DNA of 64,000 bases from Octopus bimaculoides. Lineage: Eukaryota. Location: assembly GCF_001194135.2 (NCBI RefSeq), contig NC_068983.1, positions 141,877,055 to 141,941,054 of the forward strand, given 5' to 3'. The notes beneath the pieces were generated by a model. It was not told where the DNA came from. It searched no databases and saw only the letters and a program-made list of their open reading frames with translations. Shown here in pieces: positions 12,126-24,170 of the stretch. How positions within the stretch are numbered: the stretch's first letter is position 1; each line of letters begins with the position of its first letter. A program made the position numbers and the translations under genes.

Positions 12126-13619
12126 ACGCGTGAGTACTGGTGTATGGAAGAAAGAGATTTATACAGAGAGGAAGAAAGAAGGTACGGCAAAACTAAGAAA
12201 CGTGTATTTATAACATCCCCGCCTGTATAACAACGACAACCAGAAATAAAACACCACCACCACCGTCTCTACCAATACACTACCAACACCCATCCCACCG
12301 TGAGTACCACCACCATCACCACCATCATGAAACATCTTCATGTTTGCTAAACACATTTAACGTCTTTCTTTCGAGTGTTTGCTCTAGCAATATCTATTTC
12401 CATGCGAACTATTTATAAAAATATATCTGTCTTAGGGACAATTATCAGTATTCTCCTACAAGCTGACCATTCATTGGCCAGCGATGGTCGTGTCAAATAT
12501 AAACCTCCCACTTCTGAGTTGCTTTTGAAATTAACTAAACTAAGTATTTGTATACGTGAGAGGGAGGGAGAGAGGGATGGAGAGAGAGAGAGAGAGAGAG
12601 TGTGTGTGTGTGTGTGTGAAAGAGAGAAACAGAGGCAGAAAGACAGACAGGNNNNNNNNNNNNNNNNNNNNNNNNNNNNNNNNNNNNNNNNNNNNNNNNN
12701 NNNNNNNNNNNNNNNNNNNNNNNNNNNNNNNNNNNNNNNNNNNNNGGAGGGAGGGATGGAGAGAGAGAGAGAGAGAGAGTGTGTGTGTGTGTGTGTGAAA
12801 GAGAGAAACAGAGGCAGAAAGACAGACAGGGAATATGCTAGATAATAGAGAGAGACGATCTGCGAGAGAGAAACAGAGGCTTCCTAAACACTGAGAGAGA
12901 GAGGGGGGTGTTGAAATTAAAATAGGAGGAAGAAGCTGAAAAGGTTAAGGAAGAGGAAGAGAGAAATAGAAAATTGTGAGGTTTATGACATGCATATAAT
13001 TATACATGTTTCAGCATTGTATATCTCAAACCAACAATAATAATTGTAACTATATTTAACTATTACATATATGTAACTATTACATGCATGCATGCATGTA
13101 TGTATGTATGTATGATTACGCACACAAGAATACAGACACGTGTGCACAGACATACATGTGCATCATACATGAATAATAATTAAAATTCTTGGTGCTTTAC
13201 CCTTAGTCTTACTAACTCCCTAACATTGGATTCATTTAATGTTTATAGTATGTTTTACGGGTTTTGAGAGTGAATTGCTTATGAAACTTTTGGTGCGCCT
13301 TTTTTTTCTTTTCTTTATGTTTTTTAAGTGTTTTGGGTACTGTTTTAACTTTTAACCATAAATTTTCTTAGTTTTGGTGAAAGCGTATTCAGTAATGATA
13401 CGATTATTACTTGAATTACGTTACAGAAATGTAGCTACTCAAATATTCTAGCTCCAATTATTTACGTCTATCAGTTCAATATTGCATTACTTTTCAAATG
13501 CTACTACTGTATAAATCGCGCCTACAGGGCACTGATTAAACTTCACCCACAAGTTGTAACCATGCATAGAACAGCCATAGAAGACCATAAAACGCGCATA
13601 TAATACCTGCCTTTATTTT

Positions 13620-14670
13620 CTTGTTCGGTTTTGTTCTCCACTCTCTACTTTCTATACATCACTGACCTAATTACCGCCACATCTATCAATGCCCTCTCTT
13701 ATACAACTGTTTTTGCAAACTACGCGACACTTCATTCTCGTCTAACTTTGCCCAACCATGCCTCATCCGCATGCAACCTTAACACCACACACCAAGACTG
13801 CACTAATTCCATAAACGGAGACCTTAAGATAATCTTTCAGTGGGGCCATACTAACCTAGTTTCTTTTAACAGCAAACTAACTCGAGCACTACTCATATGA
13901 AAAAAAAACCCACCACATCATATCCTAACTAATATGAATAGCATTCAGCTAGAGCTAGCGCAGTCGTTCCAAATGCTGAACCTTACTAACACCGAGAATC
14001 TCTCCTGGCGAAAATACATCTTTAACAAAACTAAAAACCACACCCAAAACTAGCCATTCTCTTTAAAACAAGAAGATATTTCAGCCTTGACACTTTGCAA
14101 AGCTACTGACACTCTGCATTTGGAGCAGTGCTACTACTTCGCTCACAGACATCTTGGACCTCATCCAAAAAAGGGCCACTTGATTAATTTGTATTTATCA
14201 CTAATGAGCACGTTCACAAGTGTGCTGTCTCGTTTCTGTCTGTTCTAACGCTACTTTATATATGGCCCAGTGGTTAGGGCAGCGGACTCGCGGTCATAGG
14301 ATCGCGGTTTCGATTCCCAGACCGGGCGTTGTGAGTGTTTATTGAGCGAAAACGCCTAAAAAGCTCCACAAGGCTCCGGCGAACCCTGCTGTACTCTTCC
14401 ACCACAACTTTCTCTCACTTTTACTTCCTGTTTCTGTTGTGCTACTTTCGTACTTTCACTATTCAATCACCTCTGACCCGTTCGTCATTCCACTTCTCAT
14501 CACCCTTGGTGCGTTCAGCCGTAATAACCATGATTCCGTAATAACCATTATTCCCAGTTCTTTCTAACCAGACCAGACCTGTGGAACCTTCTCCTTGCAC
14601 ATGCTTTGCCTGTAAATATTAACCTGTTGTAGTTTAAACGGATTATTAATGGCATCAAGCTCACCGGTCT
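13620..14670 (+). mobile_element. Degraded non-LTR retrotransposon (CR1/L2/Jockey-group-like) RT C-terminal remnant, interrupted by a SINE
   Basis: Frameshifted pieces: LYFLYITDL, FANYATLHS (decayed FADD), NSINGDLKIIFQWGHTNLVSFNSK, ENLSWRKYI, KLAILFKTRRYFS, DILDLIQKRA and RPDLWNLL...FKR, in the order expected for LINE RT. Confidence 0.75.
14262..14442 (+). mobile_element. tRNA-derived SINE, family A (5' half, internal deletion)
   Basis: A-box tggcccagtgg and B-box ggtttcgattcc; matches the reverse complement of the 35651-36033 copy; lacks aggggatggtggc. Confidence 0.9.
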
Positions 14671-14920
14671 CGGAAAGCCTGCAAAGGTCATAGACAATGC
14701 TTCTCTCTTCAGACTCAACAATTAAAAAGAAAGAAACTATTTCCACAGACTCTTTGTCTACCATATTCCACTCGCAATGTAATCTTTGTTAGCGAGCAAG
14801 GACATTTACAGACATGTTTCAGTTTTATTGGATCTCATCAAGTGGGAAAAAGTTTTTTTTTAGATATCTGGCAAGTAATAATCTGCATAATTGAAATATA
14901 AATTGAACTGAGAGCAATTC

Positions 14921-15107
14921 TAGGTACAAGGCCCGAAATTTTTAGGGAAGGGGGCCAGTCGATTAGATCGACTTCAGTACGCAACTGGTACTTAATTTAT
15001 CGACCCCGAAAGAATGAAAGGCAAAATCAACCTTGGCGGAATTTGAACCAGAGCGTAAAGACAGACGAAATGCCGCTAAACATTTCGCCTGGCGTGCTAA
15101 CGTTTCT
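14921..15107 (-). mobile_element. tRNA-derived SINE, family C (lacks extreme 5' end)
   Basis: Near-identical to 21829-22042. Confidence 0.85.
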
Positions 15108-15340
15108 TATTTCTTTATTGCCCACAAGGGGCTACACACAGAGGAGACAAATAAGGACAGACAAACGGATTAAGTCGATTATATCGACCCCAGTGCGTAA
15201 CTGGTACTTATTTAATCCCCCCCGAAAAGATGAAAGGCAAAGTCGACTTCGGCGAAATTTGAACTCAGAACATAGCAGCAGACGAAATACCGCTAAGTAT
15301 TTCGCCCAGCGCGTTAACCTTTCTACCAGCTCGCCGCCTT
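15108..15340 (-). mobile_element. tRNA-derived SINE, family C variant with alternative 3' tail
   Basis: Same head (aaggcggcgagctgg...gagttcaaatt) and central box as family C, but the tail ends ...ccttgtgggcaataaagaaata. Confidence 0.85.
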
Positions 15341-16439
15341 ATGAACTGAGAGAACTTACTTAACTGAAGTAACGGCTTGAATTTAAACAAGTTAAGTGGT
15401 AATGTAGTAAATGACGTATGCAAATCATTCCGGATTTACTGAAATTTTGTCTTTTGGTTCAAGAAAAACCACCAAGCGAAATTTTTAGTAACTCTCAAAA
15501 CAATAGAAAATAATATCAAGAAACTGAGAGATACTTTCACCAAATTCCACTCGCAGTGTATTTGTCAAACGAAAGAATACACCCAAAGTGCTACAGTCGG
15601 ACCGGTCGTGGAATCGCGTAGTTGTAAAGCAAACCTCTTATCTTCACACCTTGTCTTCGAGCATGTGGATGTGGTTGAAGACAAACAGGATAAAAACAAG
15701 GCAACAGCGACACCAATTATCGAAAAACAGATTTGATCATATTATAGACCAAACAGACATGTTTTGGTGACGAGATCCAATAAAACCCAAACATGTCCAT
15801 AGCTGCCTCCCTTATTTGCTAACAAATACCATATTTCTTCCTAAACGAATAAATTTTCTGAAATTTATTCTAAATTTCTCGAAAGTATCTCTTCTTCCGC
15901 GTCTCTAGCGTTAGGTTTTTTTTTTTTTTTTCTGCAACCAAAAGAGAAGTTTCAATTGATTGATAATTTTCAGTATGTCGCCTCAAGTTATCCCCCAAGT
16001 TCATTTATTTGACTATTTGTCCATTAGCTGTACAAATTACTGCTGGGNNNNNNNNNNNNNNNNNNNNNNNNNNNNNNNNNNNNNNNNNNNNNNNNNNNNN
16101 NNNNNNNNNNNNNNNNNNNNNNNNNNNNNNNNNNNNNNNNNNNNNNNNNNNNNNNNNNNNNNNNNNNNNNNNNNNNNNNNNNNNNNNNNNNNNNNNNNNN
16201 NNNNNNNNNNNNNNNNNNNNNNNNNNNNNNNNNNNNNNNNNNNNNNNNNNNNNNNNNNNNNNNNNNNNNNNNNNNNNNNNNNNNNNNNNNNNNNNNNNNN
16301 NNNNNNNNNNNNNNNNNNNNNNNNNNNNNNNNNNNNNNNNNNNNNNNNNNNNNNNNNNNNNNNNNNNNNNNNNNNNNNNNNNNNNNNNNNNNNNNNNNNN
16401 NNNNNNNNNNNNNNCCTTAACTCATTTTTTTTTTATTAA

Positions 16440-16704
16440 TATTAATTTTAATACTCTCCCAAAGAGCCTGAGGAACCTGCACAAAGTAGATGTAGAGGTT
16501 TTTAAACCAAAGCTGGACCTCTTCCTGTCGAGAGTCCCAGATGAACCTACCTCACGGCAAGAGGTGCAAATGAGGGTAGCTACATCAAACTCCATTCTTC
16601 ACCAAGTGCCACATATTGGAGGAGGCTCTCAGTAATAAAAGTATAGCAAAACGGCGGTGCATCAGCATGGCCGCAGCTCTCAGCTGAAACTATAGAAAAA
16701 AAAA
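16440..16704 (+). mobile_element. 3' end of a LINE (CR1/L2-group-like) with 3' UTR and A-tail
   Basis: FNTLPKSLRNLHKVDVEVFKPKLDLFLSRVPDEP...ATSNSILHQ* resembles LINE ORF2 C-termini. A short UTR and an A-run follow; the 5' part is lost in the gap. Confidence 0.75.
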
Positions 16705-17068
16705 TGTCAACGCATCTATTTCTAGTTAGCTTTTTTATGTTCTCTGCATTGTGTTAACATTATCTTAAAAGTAAGTATAGTTTTCTCATACGGATGTTAC
16801 CTTTGGATGATTTATTCCCTAACGATGTTTTCCTACGTCAACCAATGACCAGCCTTCAAAATTCGTTCATTACTACTTCGTTTAGCACAATAACGACTGT
16901 CTTTCAACGAAGAGGTCTGAATAACACCAAAAGATTCCTGGAATTCTTTCCCATATTTGCTGGGAAAAAATTAAATTAATGTTAATTCTCTGACTATTTT
17001 TTTCCCCTGCATTTTTATTTCTAATTAGCATTTAAACACTTTATGCATTAAATATATTACTTTGATAT

Positions 17069-17335
17069 GTTGTTGGCACTCCGTCGCTTACGACGTCGAG
17101 GGTTCCAGTTGATCCGATCAACGGAACAGCCTGCTCGTGAAATTAACGTGCAAGTGGCTGAGCACTCCACCGACACGTGTACCCTTAACGTAGTTCTCGA
17201 GGATATTCAGCGTGACAAGGCTGACCCTTTGAATTACAGGCACAACAGAAACAGGAAGTAAGAGTGAGAGAAAGTTGTGGTGGAAGAGTACAGCAGGGTT
17301 CGCCACCATCCCCTGCCGGAGCCTTGTGGAGCTTT
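17069..17335 (-). mobile_element. tRNA-derived SINE, family A (3' part; head in gap)
   Basis: Near-identical to 35651-36033. Confidence 0.92.
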
Positions 17336-17947
17336 NNNNNNNNNNNNNNNNNNNNNNNNNNNNNNNNNNNNNNNNNNNNNNNNNNNNNNNNNNNNNNNNN
17401 NNNNNNNNNNNNNNNNNNNNNNNNNNNNNNNNNNNNNNNNNNNNNNNNNNNNNNNNNNNNNNNNNNNNNNNNNNNNNNNNNNNNNNNNNNNNNNNNNNNN
17501 NNNNNNNNNNNNNNNNNNNNNNNNNNNNNNNNNNNNNNNNNNNNNNNNNNNNNNNNNNNNNNNNNNNNNNNNNNNNNNNNNNNNNNNNNNNNNNNNNNNN
17601 NNNNNNNNNNNNNNNNNNNNNNNNNNNNNNNNNNNNNNNNNNNNNNNNNNNNNNNNNNNNNNNNNNNNNNNNNNNNNNNNNNNNNNNNNNNNNNNNNNNN
17701 NNNNNNNNNNNNNNNNNNNNNNNNNNNNNNNNNNNNNNNNNNNNNNNNNNNNNNNNNNNNNNNNNNNNNNNNNNNNNNNNNNNNNNNNNNNNNNNNNNNN
17801 NNNNNNNNNNNNNNNNNNNNNNNNNNNNNNNNNNNNNNNNNNNNNNNNNNNNNNNNNNNNNNNNNNNNNNNNNNNNNNNNNNNNNNNNNNNNNNNNNNNN
17901 NNNNNNNNNNNNNNNNNNNNNNNNNNNNNNNNNNNNNNNNNNNNNNN

Positions 17948-17980
<33 letters not shown>

Positions 17981-18044
17981 TGTTCGTATTTTCCCTAACT
18001 TGAAAGTTTCAGCTTGAAACACCAATTAAATAGTCGTTGTTTGC

Positions 18045-18345
18045 GGGTGATTTCATTGCAAGAGCCATAGAGCCATGACTAATTTGCATATCATTTGATA
18101 CTTAATCGATAGCCAAAAGAACGTTGTTACGAACTCGTTCAATGCTGTAATCGGCACAGAACGTGGTTTGATCTTTGGTTCCATCTTGATGGATGATACT
18201 TGCACGACTGTTTTTGAAATTTCCAATCCTTTCGTTGACCGTTCTTTGCGGGAGAAAAAAAAAGCTTTTCCCATCCTGTGCTGAAAATCTTCGATGAATT
18301 TCGGCTCGGGATTACACCCTTGTTCTACAGAAAACAGGTCACAGA
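18045..18345 (-). mobile_element. Mariner (Tc1/mariner) transposase N-terminal remnant
   Basis: Frameshifted minus-strand translation EIHRRFSAQDGKS / QRTVNERIGNFKNSRASIIHQDG...YSIERVRNNVLL...DMQISHGS matches the mariner HTH pattern (EIHRRL..QYG, V.EW..KFKNGRTS, NIERVR, LQISHGS). Confidence 0.75.
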
Positions 18346-18733
18346 AAAAGGTCCTTTCTTAGAGCCAACATATTCAAATTGATACCTTCACGGTATGACT
18401 AGAGAAGGCCCACGTCTAATGATGCATATGCAACTAATTTACTCATTAAGAGATAAAAGGCACTGTGGTTAAGTTGACTTAATGTTCTAAACACACACTG
18501 TTGTTTTCGTAATATTGTTTCAAGAGTGATAATTGACTGTTTATCAACACAACTAATTTATGCTGTATTAATTAATGAGATTTTTTTTTTATCATATGCA
18601 GGTGTTTCAATAGATACAGCTGATATTTTTGCGATTGTTAGCACCACTGAGGTTAAAGTTAAATATTCATTTATAGGTATTAATTATAAGCGACGGGAGC
18701 AATATTAATACCAAAACGTAACGCTGCATTACT

Positions 18734-18790
18734 GGAATTCCCATATCACATGAGGTCACATAGACTGAAATCATGTGATATGGGAATTCC
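18734..18790. repeat. Perfect 20-bp inverted repeat with 17-nt spacer
   Basis: ggaattcccatatcacatga (18734-18753) pairs with tcatgtgatatgggaattcc (18771-18790). Confidence 0.95.
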
Positions 18791-20638
18791 GGCGCCCACA
18801 ACAGACGTTTCTCGTCTTCTACGATTTATACTTGTGCTATAAGAAAGACTAATAACGCACCAACCACCTATAAGAGAGACTAATAACGCAGTATTCGGTA
18901 TTCTGTCAAGGCATCCATGTTAAGTTGTATTTATAAGTATGTATAGTACCTTGCTATATATCAAAATACAGTGTACCATGTTTAATTTAATAGCTCAAAC
19001 ATCTAAGGTGAAGAATATCAGCTCTGGATAAGTATTCCTTTGTTAAATGGTTAATATCCATTGTGGTGTATTCCATGAAGTCTACATCTAGCAAATAGTG
19101 AAAAATGATACAGCAGGTTTAAGAAATGTAAGCATCCATTTTAACTCGGCACAGTATTTTCGGTTAATAATGTTAGGTATCTATTAACGCTTCATTTTCT
19201 TGATAACTGAACATTCTTGTCATGAACGGCTGGCCCCCATATACAACAACAACAGAAAATTTCTTGGCGGTCGTTCTACCTTCTAGAAATATAGCTAATC
19301 TCGCTAACAAAAAACACATTACAGTATATATTCCTAGATGCATTATACCTGAGAAAAAATAAGCAGGAATATTCTAATAGGAAAGCCTTTGATCATAGGT
19401 GTGTGAAACCACTAACAGATTTTTGCTATACATTCTATATAAACAATAAGATGGCCGCAGGTTTTTCTAGAAAGAAAAAAGTTTCAATTCCCATGTACTC
19501 GCTCGATCGAATCGACAGAAATCTTGTCCCCTTCTACTAAAAGACTGAGTCTTAGGAAGTTACGATGGTTACCATGCCTAAATGAAGAAGAGAAATAGAC
19601 TCGTGATTTATTTTCTTAACCTATTCAAACTAGCGTATAAGTAATCAGCGACTAGTAGTAAAATTATGGAGATAATACAAAGAAATTGTAACATAGAACA
19701 TACACAGGTTTTGATTTGCTAAAAGAAAGCAAAAATATAAAGGGCTTCAGCATATGACTGCATATTTAACATATTCGATACTGTCTTCAGCGATAGATGA
19801 CATTTTATTAATTCTCAAAACGCTTGTCTTTCTGTTCGCTCATTCAGCAAACACATCTTCAAATGGAATGAGTGCAAATCCCTGTTTACGTAATATCTAT
19901 TCCATTTATTTATACAAAAACTAATGCAGTTTGCAAATGGTTTTCTTGCTCTCGGCTAATAACAATTGATCTATATATATAAAAAGAAAAAGAAAATAAG
20001 AAAAATAAAGCAAATTCTAAACTGAACTTTACAGAGTACAATAGTTCCATTTATAATATAAACTTTAAAATTACTATCCATCACCAAAAATAGTTGTGGG
20101 AATCTTTCATTCGTGTTTTGGCATCTGAAAACAGACAATGTGATGGGTGTTATGAGATAAGGTCTGGATAGAAATCGTCATTGAAAGTTATTGAACATAA
20201 CCTACTAAAACAACATTACATTGAATGTTGTCTTGTGTATGTATTTGTGTATGGCTAGGAGCTGCAATGGACGTCATAGATAAGTGATTCTCTAACAGTG
20301 CGAGAACTGATGCGTCGCAATGGGTGTCTAGGTGCGCCCCGAATTTTTATAAATATGTAATCCATGCTAACGCTTGAGCGTGTTGGAAAACGTGTTATTC
20401 ATAATTTTGTTGTAGTCAAATTTAGTCAATGTAACAAGATATGCAATAGTTTTGGTTTTCTATGTACTTTTTCTAAATTTTTAACTTTATAAAATATTTT
20501 TTAACCACCATGCGAAGTGTGCCAGCAATTTTTATTTTATGTGTGTATGTGTGTGTGCATGAATATATAAATACACATACATACGCACTCACATAAACAC
20601 ATACACACATATGTACAAACACACACACTCGTATGCAT

Positions 20639-20672
<34 letters not shown>

Positions 20673-21214
20673 GCGATAATCTTTTGACCAAGCACGAATA
20701 AGATGTAGCACAAAACAAAAGAACAGACTAAGATCTCGTATCGTTGGAATCAAGGACGAGAATGAAAGAGCATCTGTCTGCAATGAAATCTTCAATCGAA
20801 AAGACAAACTGAGAGGAAGAATTATGGGATTGACTCACAGTGGAGGTGGTAATGTGTGAAGGAATTGTGGACGAGAGAAAGCGGGGAGAAAGCGTGGAAA
20901 GATCAGGTAAAGAACCAAGAGAAGTATGTAAAGGAGCATCGAGGGTGTTGGGGAGAAAATGATAGGGAGAACAAGATAGAAATAGTAAATGGCAATGAAG
21001 AAAGGACGAGATGCTAAGAATACAAGGAAGAGTATTTGCGTGTTAAAGATAACCATAACGCTAATAGTTGCATTTTACAGATTTAATGCTTTGGCAAAGA
21101 AACGCCGCGTTCGCTAATTCAATATGAATGAGCTATTGAATTAGCGTAGGTGGAGTTTGTTTTCTAAAACATTACATCTGTAAAATACATACATACATAC
21201 ATACATACATACAT

Positions 21215-21553
21215 GAGGAGACCCCCTTCGGTCATGAATGACCATGGGATTGCACCAAGAAAGTTACCCTCCGAGGCACAAGTCCGGGCAAAGTTGTTTA
21301 TGGAAGACCAGCGGTCGCCCATGGATACCAGCCTCCCCTCTCGAAGCCACCGATGTTATCCAAGGGAAAGGCAAAGGCCGATACAGCTTGGCACCAGTGA
21401 CATCACAACTCATTTCTACAGCTCAGTTAAATGGAGCAACGTGAAATAAAGTGTCTTGCTCAAGAACACAACACGCAGCCCGGTCCGAGAATCGAACTCA
21501 CAACCTCACGATCGTAAGCTCGGCGCTCTAACCACTGAGCCATGCGCCTTCAC
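21215..21553 (-). mobile_element. Full-length tRNA-derived CORE-type SINE, family B (octopus OR2-like)
   Basis: The minus-strand head tggctcagtggttagagcg...gagttcgattc is followed by tgttgtgttcttgagcaagacactttatttcacgttgctcc, resembling the MIR CORE box. It is flanked by (TACA)n. The family name is from recollection and not verified. Confidence 0.8.
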
Positions 21554-21596
21554 ATTCATACATACATTCATACATACATAATCAGGGGTGTAGCTT

Positions 21597-21690
21597 TGTC
21601 ATATATTGTGTCACGCTGATTTGGCCTGAGAATTGCGTTGAGTGTACATAGGTCTGTGGAATACTCAGCCACTTACATAACAATTTAATT
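21597..21690 (+). mobile_element. Diverged internal fragment of SINE family A
   Basis: ttgtcatatattgtgtcacgctga...ctgtggaatactcagccactt aligns with the family A body. Confidence 0.55.
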
Positions 21691-21828
21691 CTTTCTTCAG
21701 TTGATAGAGCAAGCGATGAGGGAGCCATCATACGCGCGTGTGTGTGTGCGTGTACCAAATAGTATGCGTGTGTACGTTTTCGCGTGCAAGTGTTTGAGTA
21801 TATGTGTTTCAGGAAGGAATTAAAGAAT

Positions 21829-22042
21829 ATTTCTACTCTAGGCACAAGGCCCGAAATTTTTGGGTAGGAGGCCAGTCGATTAGATCGACTCCAGTATGCA
21901 ACTGGTACTTAATTTATCGACCCCCGAAAGGATGAAAGGCAAAATTGACCTCGACAGAATTTGAACTCAGATCGTGAAGACAGACGAAATACCGCTAAGC
22001 ATTTCACCCGGCGTGCTAACGTTTCTGCCAGCTCGCCGCCTT
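21829..22042 (-). mobile_element. Full-length tRNA-derived SINE, family C, with target-site duplication
   Basis: A/B-box head and central gcctttcatcctttcggggtcgataaattaagtaccag box; flanked by ggaaggaattaaagaat (21812-21828) and gaaacgaattaaagaat (22043-22059). Confidence 0.9.
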
Positions 22043-23374
22043 GAAACGAATTAAAGAATGATTGATGCATGTTGTAGAGTGTATTTATATGTACGAAGCT
22101 GATGATTCACTCCGCTCCTATTCAGAGTTTCGCACTTGGCACCAAGTTTCAAGTGACAATCAAAATAGATGATGGAGTGATCGTCACTGGAAGTCACTGC
22201 ACGATAGGTTTATATGTTATTTGCATTAGACAAACCAGGTAAATGCAGTGTGATGGTTTGTGTGTCCAGGAGTATTTTAAGGTAGTGGATGGTAGCTCTT
22301 AGTTCTCCATGATCCTCGGGAAGGATACAATAAATGTTTACGTAATAGAACTTATGCGGATTTATTAGAAAGTAATTTTCCTATGGAGGCATAATATAGC
22401 GACTATTACGCCTGCTGTTATTAAAGTATAACGATGCACAAGTTGTAATTATGTATTCCGTTTGCGAATGGTTTAGCTTCTTTTTTGTTTGTTTGTTTTT
22501 TGTTTTTTTTTTGTTTTTTTGTAATACTCTATTTTATTGGGATATTTTCGATTTTTCCTCTTTAGAGTGGATGGTGACGTTGAGTTGATTCTGACAATAA
22601 ATGTGAAGGAATGTATACCTTCTATGTATTGGTTTTAAGGCTTTTCTGTGTAAGCTCTGTGCGGCCATTTCATTAATATTTGCTGTTTTCTTCTTATATA
22701 CAAACACTTTCAATAAGCATTTCCATAACGTGAAAATGTTGATGCATTTCTACAGTTCCATTTAGACTGTTGGGATAGTATATGAATTCAAGTATTTTGT
22801 TACAGTGAGCTGGGAGTCAATATTATGTACGCAGCTGTAGCTAGTTTTTACGTTGATTTCGTTAAAGTATTTGTGGTACTTGTGCGCTGTGGCAGTGTTT
22901 GTTTATCAAGATGGACAGGGACTTTCTTTTTTATATTTGAAGTTATATTCATACACTATGGAGAATGAAAAATCATCTGGTATACCAGATGATGTTTCTC
23001 TTTTGCTTGTTTTCGTGTGGGCCGTTCGTTGCACATAAATTTTTCACTGAAGCCACTTCTTAATAATTCACCATTGTAATGGCGTGCGGCTTTGATGAAA
23101 ACTTCTGTCAGATTATAGATTCTGTATTCTTCTGCTTCTTCTCTCTCTTGTTTTTATTTTATGATAGCAGAAGAACAGTTGGGGTCTTTGTTGTTTGTAT
23201 TTTGGCTCTTCGTTTGGTTTTTCGGTAGGACTATAATTTGCCTGTGGTTAGGTCCAACATAAGTTAACTGTAAGCCTTACTGCTTCTACAAACTTGCCGC
23301 TCTGAGGATGATGGTAATGATGATGATGATGATGATGTGTGGGTGTATGTATGTGTGTGTGTGCATACGTGATT

Positions 23375-23408
<34 letters not shown>

Positions 23409-24021
23409 TTGTACTAAATAGAATTTTATATTATTTGATCGTGTTATCTTTCTCCTTATTTAATCATATTATGTTTCTCCGGTCTAGGTTCGGCTTTCAA
23501 ATTCAGTTTGAGGTCAGATAAAATATGTATACACTGTAGATTATCCAAACGAACCTTCTTTATAAAACATGTACTTATCCCTCTGTCTAATGTTAATTAC
23601 GTTTATTTTCATGATAGGAAATTAAATGTTGACTGTGTGGCTTTGTCAGAGCAGGAAAGGTAGCATTTATAACCTTTGCAGTGCCTTTCCAAACTCGTGA
23701 AGGTAGAAATCGCGTTTCTTAGGTTGCTGAGGTGGCAAAACAACAGTAATAAATAAATAATCGAACAACAGCAGTAAATAAGTAAATGCAAAGATGCCTG
23801 AGAAGTTTAAGTGAATAAGTGATGTATGTGTATATGTGTGTGTATGAATGAATCTATGTATGGTTGTATATGTGAGTGTATATGCATGTATGTGTGTGTA
23901 TATATATGTTTTGACAACGCCCAAACCTTCAAGTTAGCCAAGCATTATTTCATAATTTGTTTTTTTATTCATTATTGTTGCTTTTGCATTCTACATCAAA
24001 TTTCCAGATAAGATTTACCCT

Positions 24022-24025
24022 TAAC

Positions 24026-24092
<67 letters not shown>

Positions 24093-24170
24093 CCATCATC
24101 ATCATCTTCTGCTACTGCTGCTTATCATCTTCATCCTCCTCATCCTCCTCATCCTCATTCTTCTTCCTAC
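24022..24170. repeat. Compound (ATT)n/(CAT)n/(CCT)n trinucleotide repeat
   Basis: Directly visible. Confidence 0.92.

Noticed and set aside
11396-12230. Multiple long ORFs (MYVC.., HTYI..)
   Set aside because: Translations of the (TATG)n microsatellite; the same applies to the other VCVC, THTH and ERER ORFs.
12565-12832. Same ~85-bp sequence on both sides of the 12652-12745 gap
   Set aside because: Most likely an unmerged contig overlap rather than a biological duplication.
14262-14330. tRNA-like A/B-box sequences (here and in all SINE heads)
   Set aside because: They continue into SINE bodies and lack a full cloverleaf, so they are not tRNA genes. No CRISPR array, rRNA or prokaryotic operon is present.
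22967-22986. 20-bp palindrome tcatctggtataccagatga
   Set aside because: Isolated, with no associated structure; could be chance or a small template switch.
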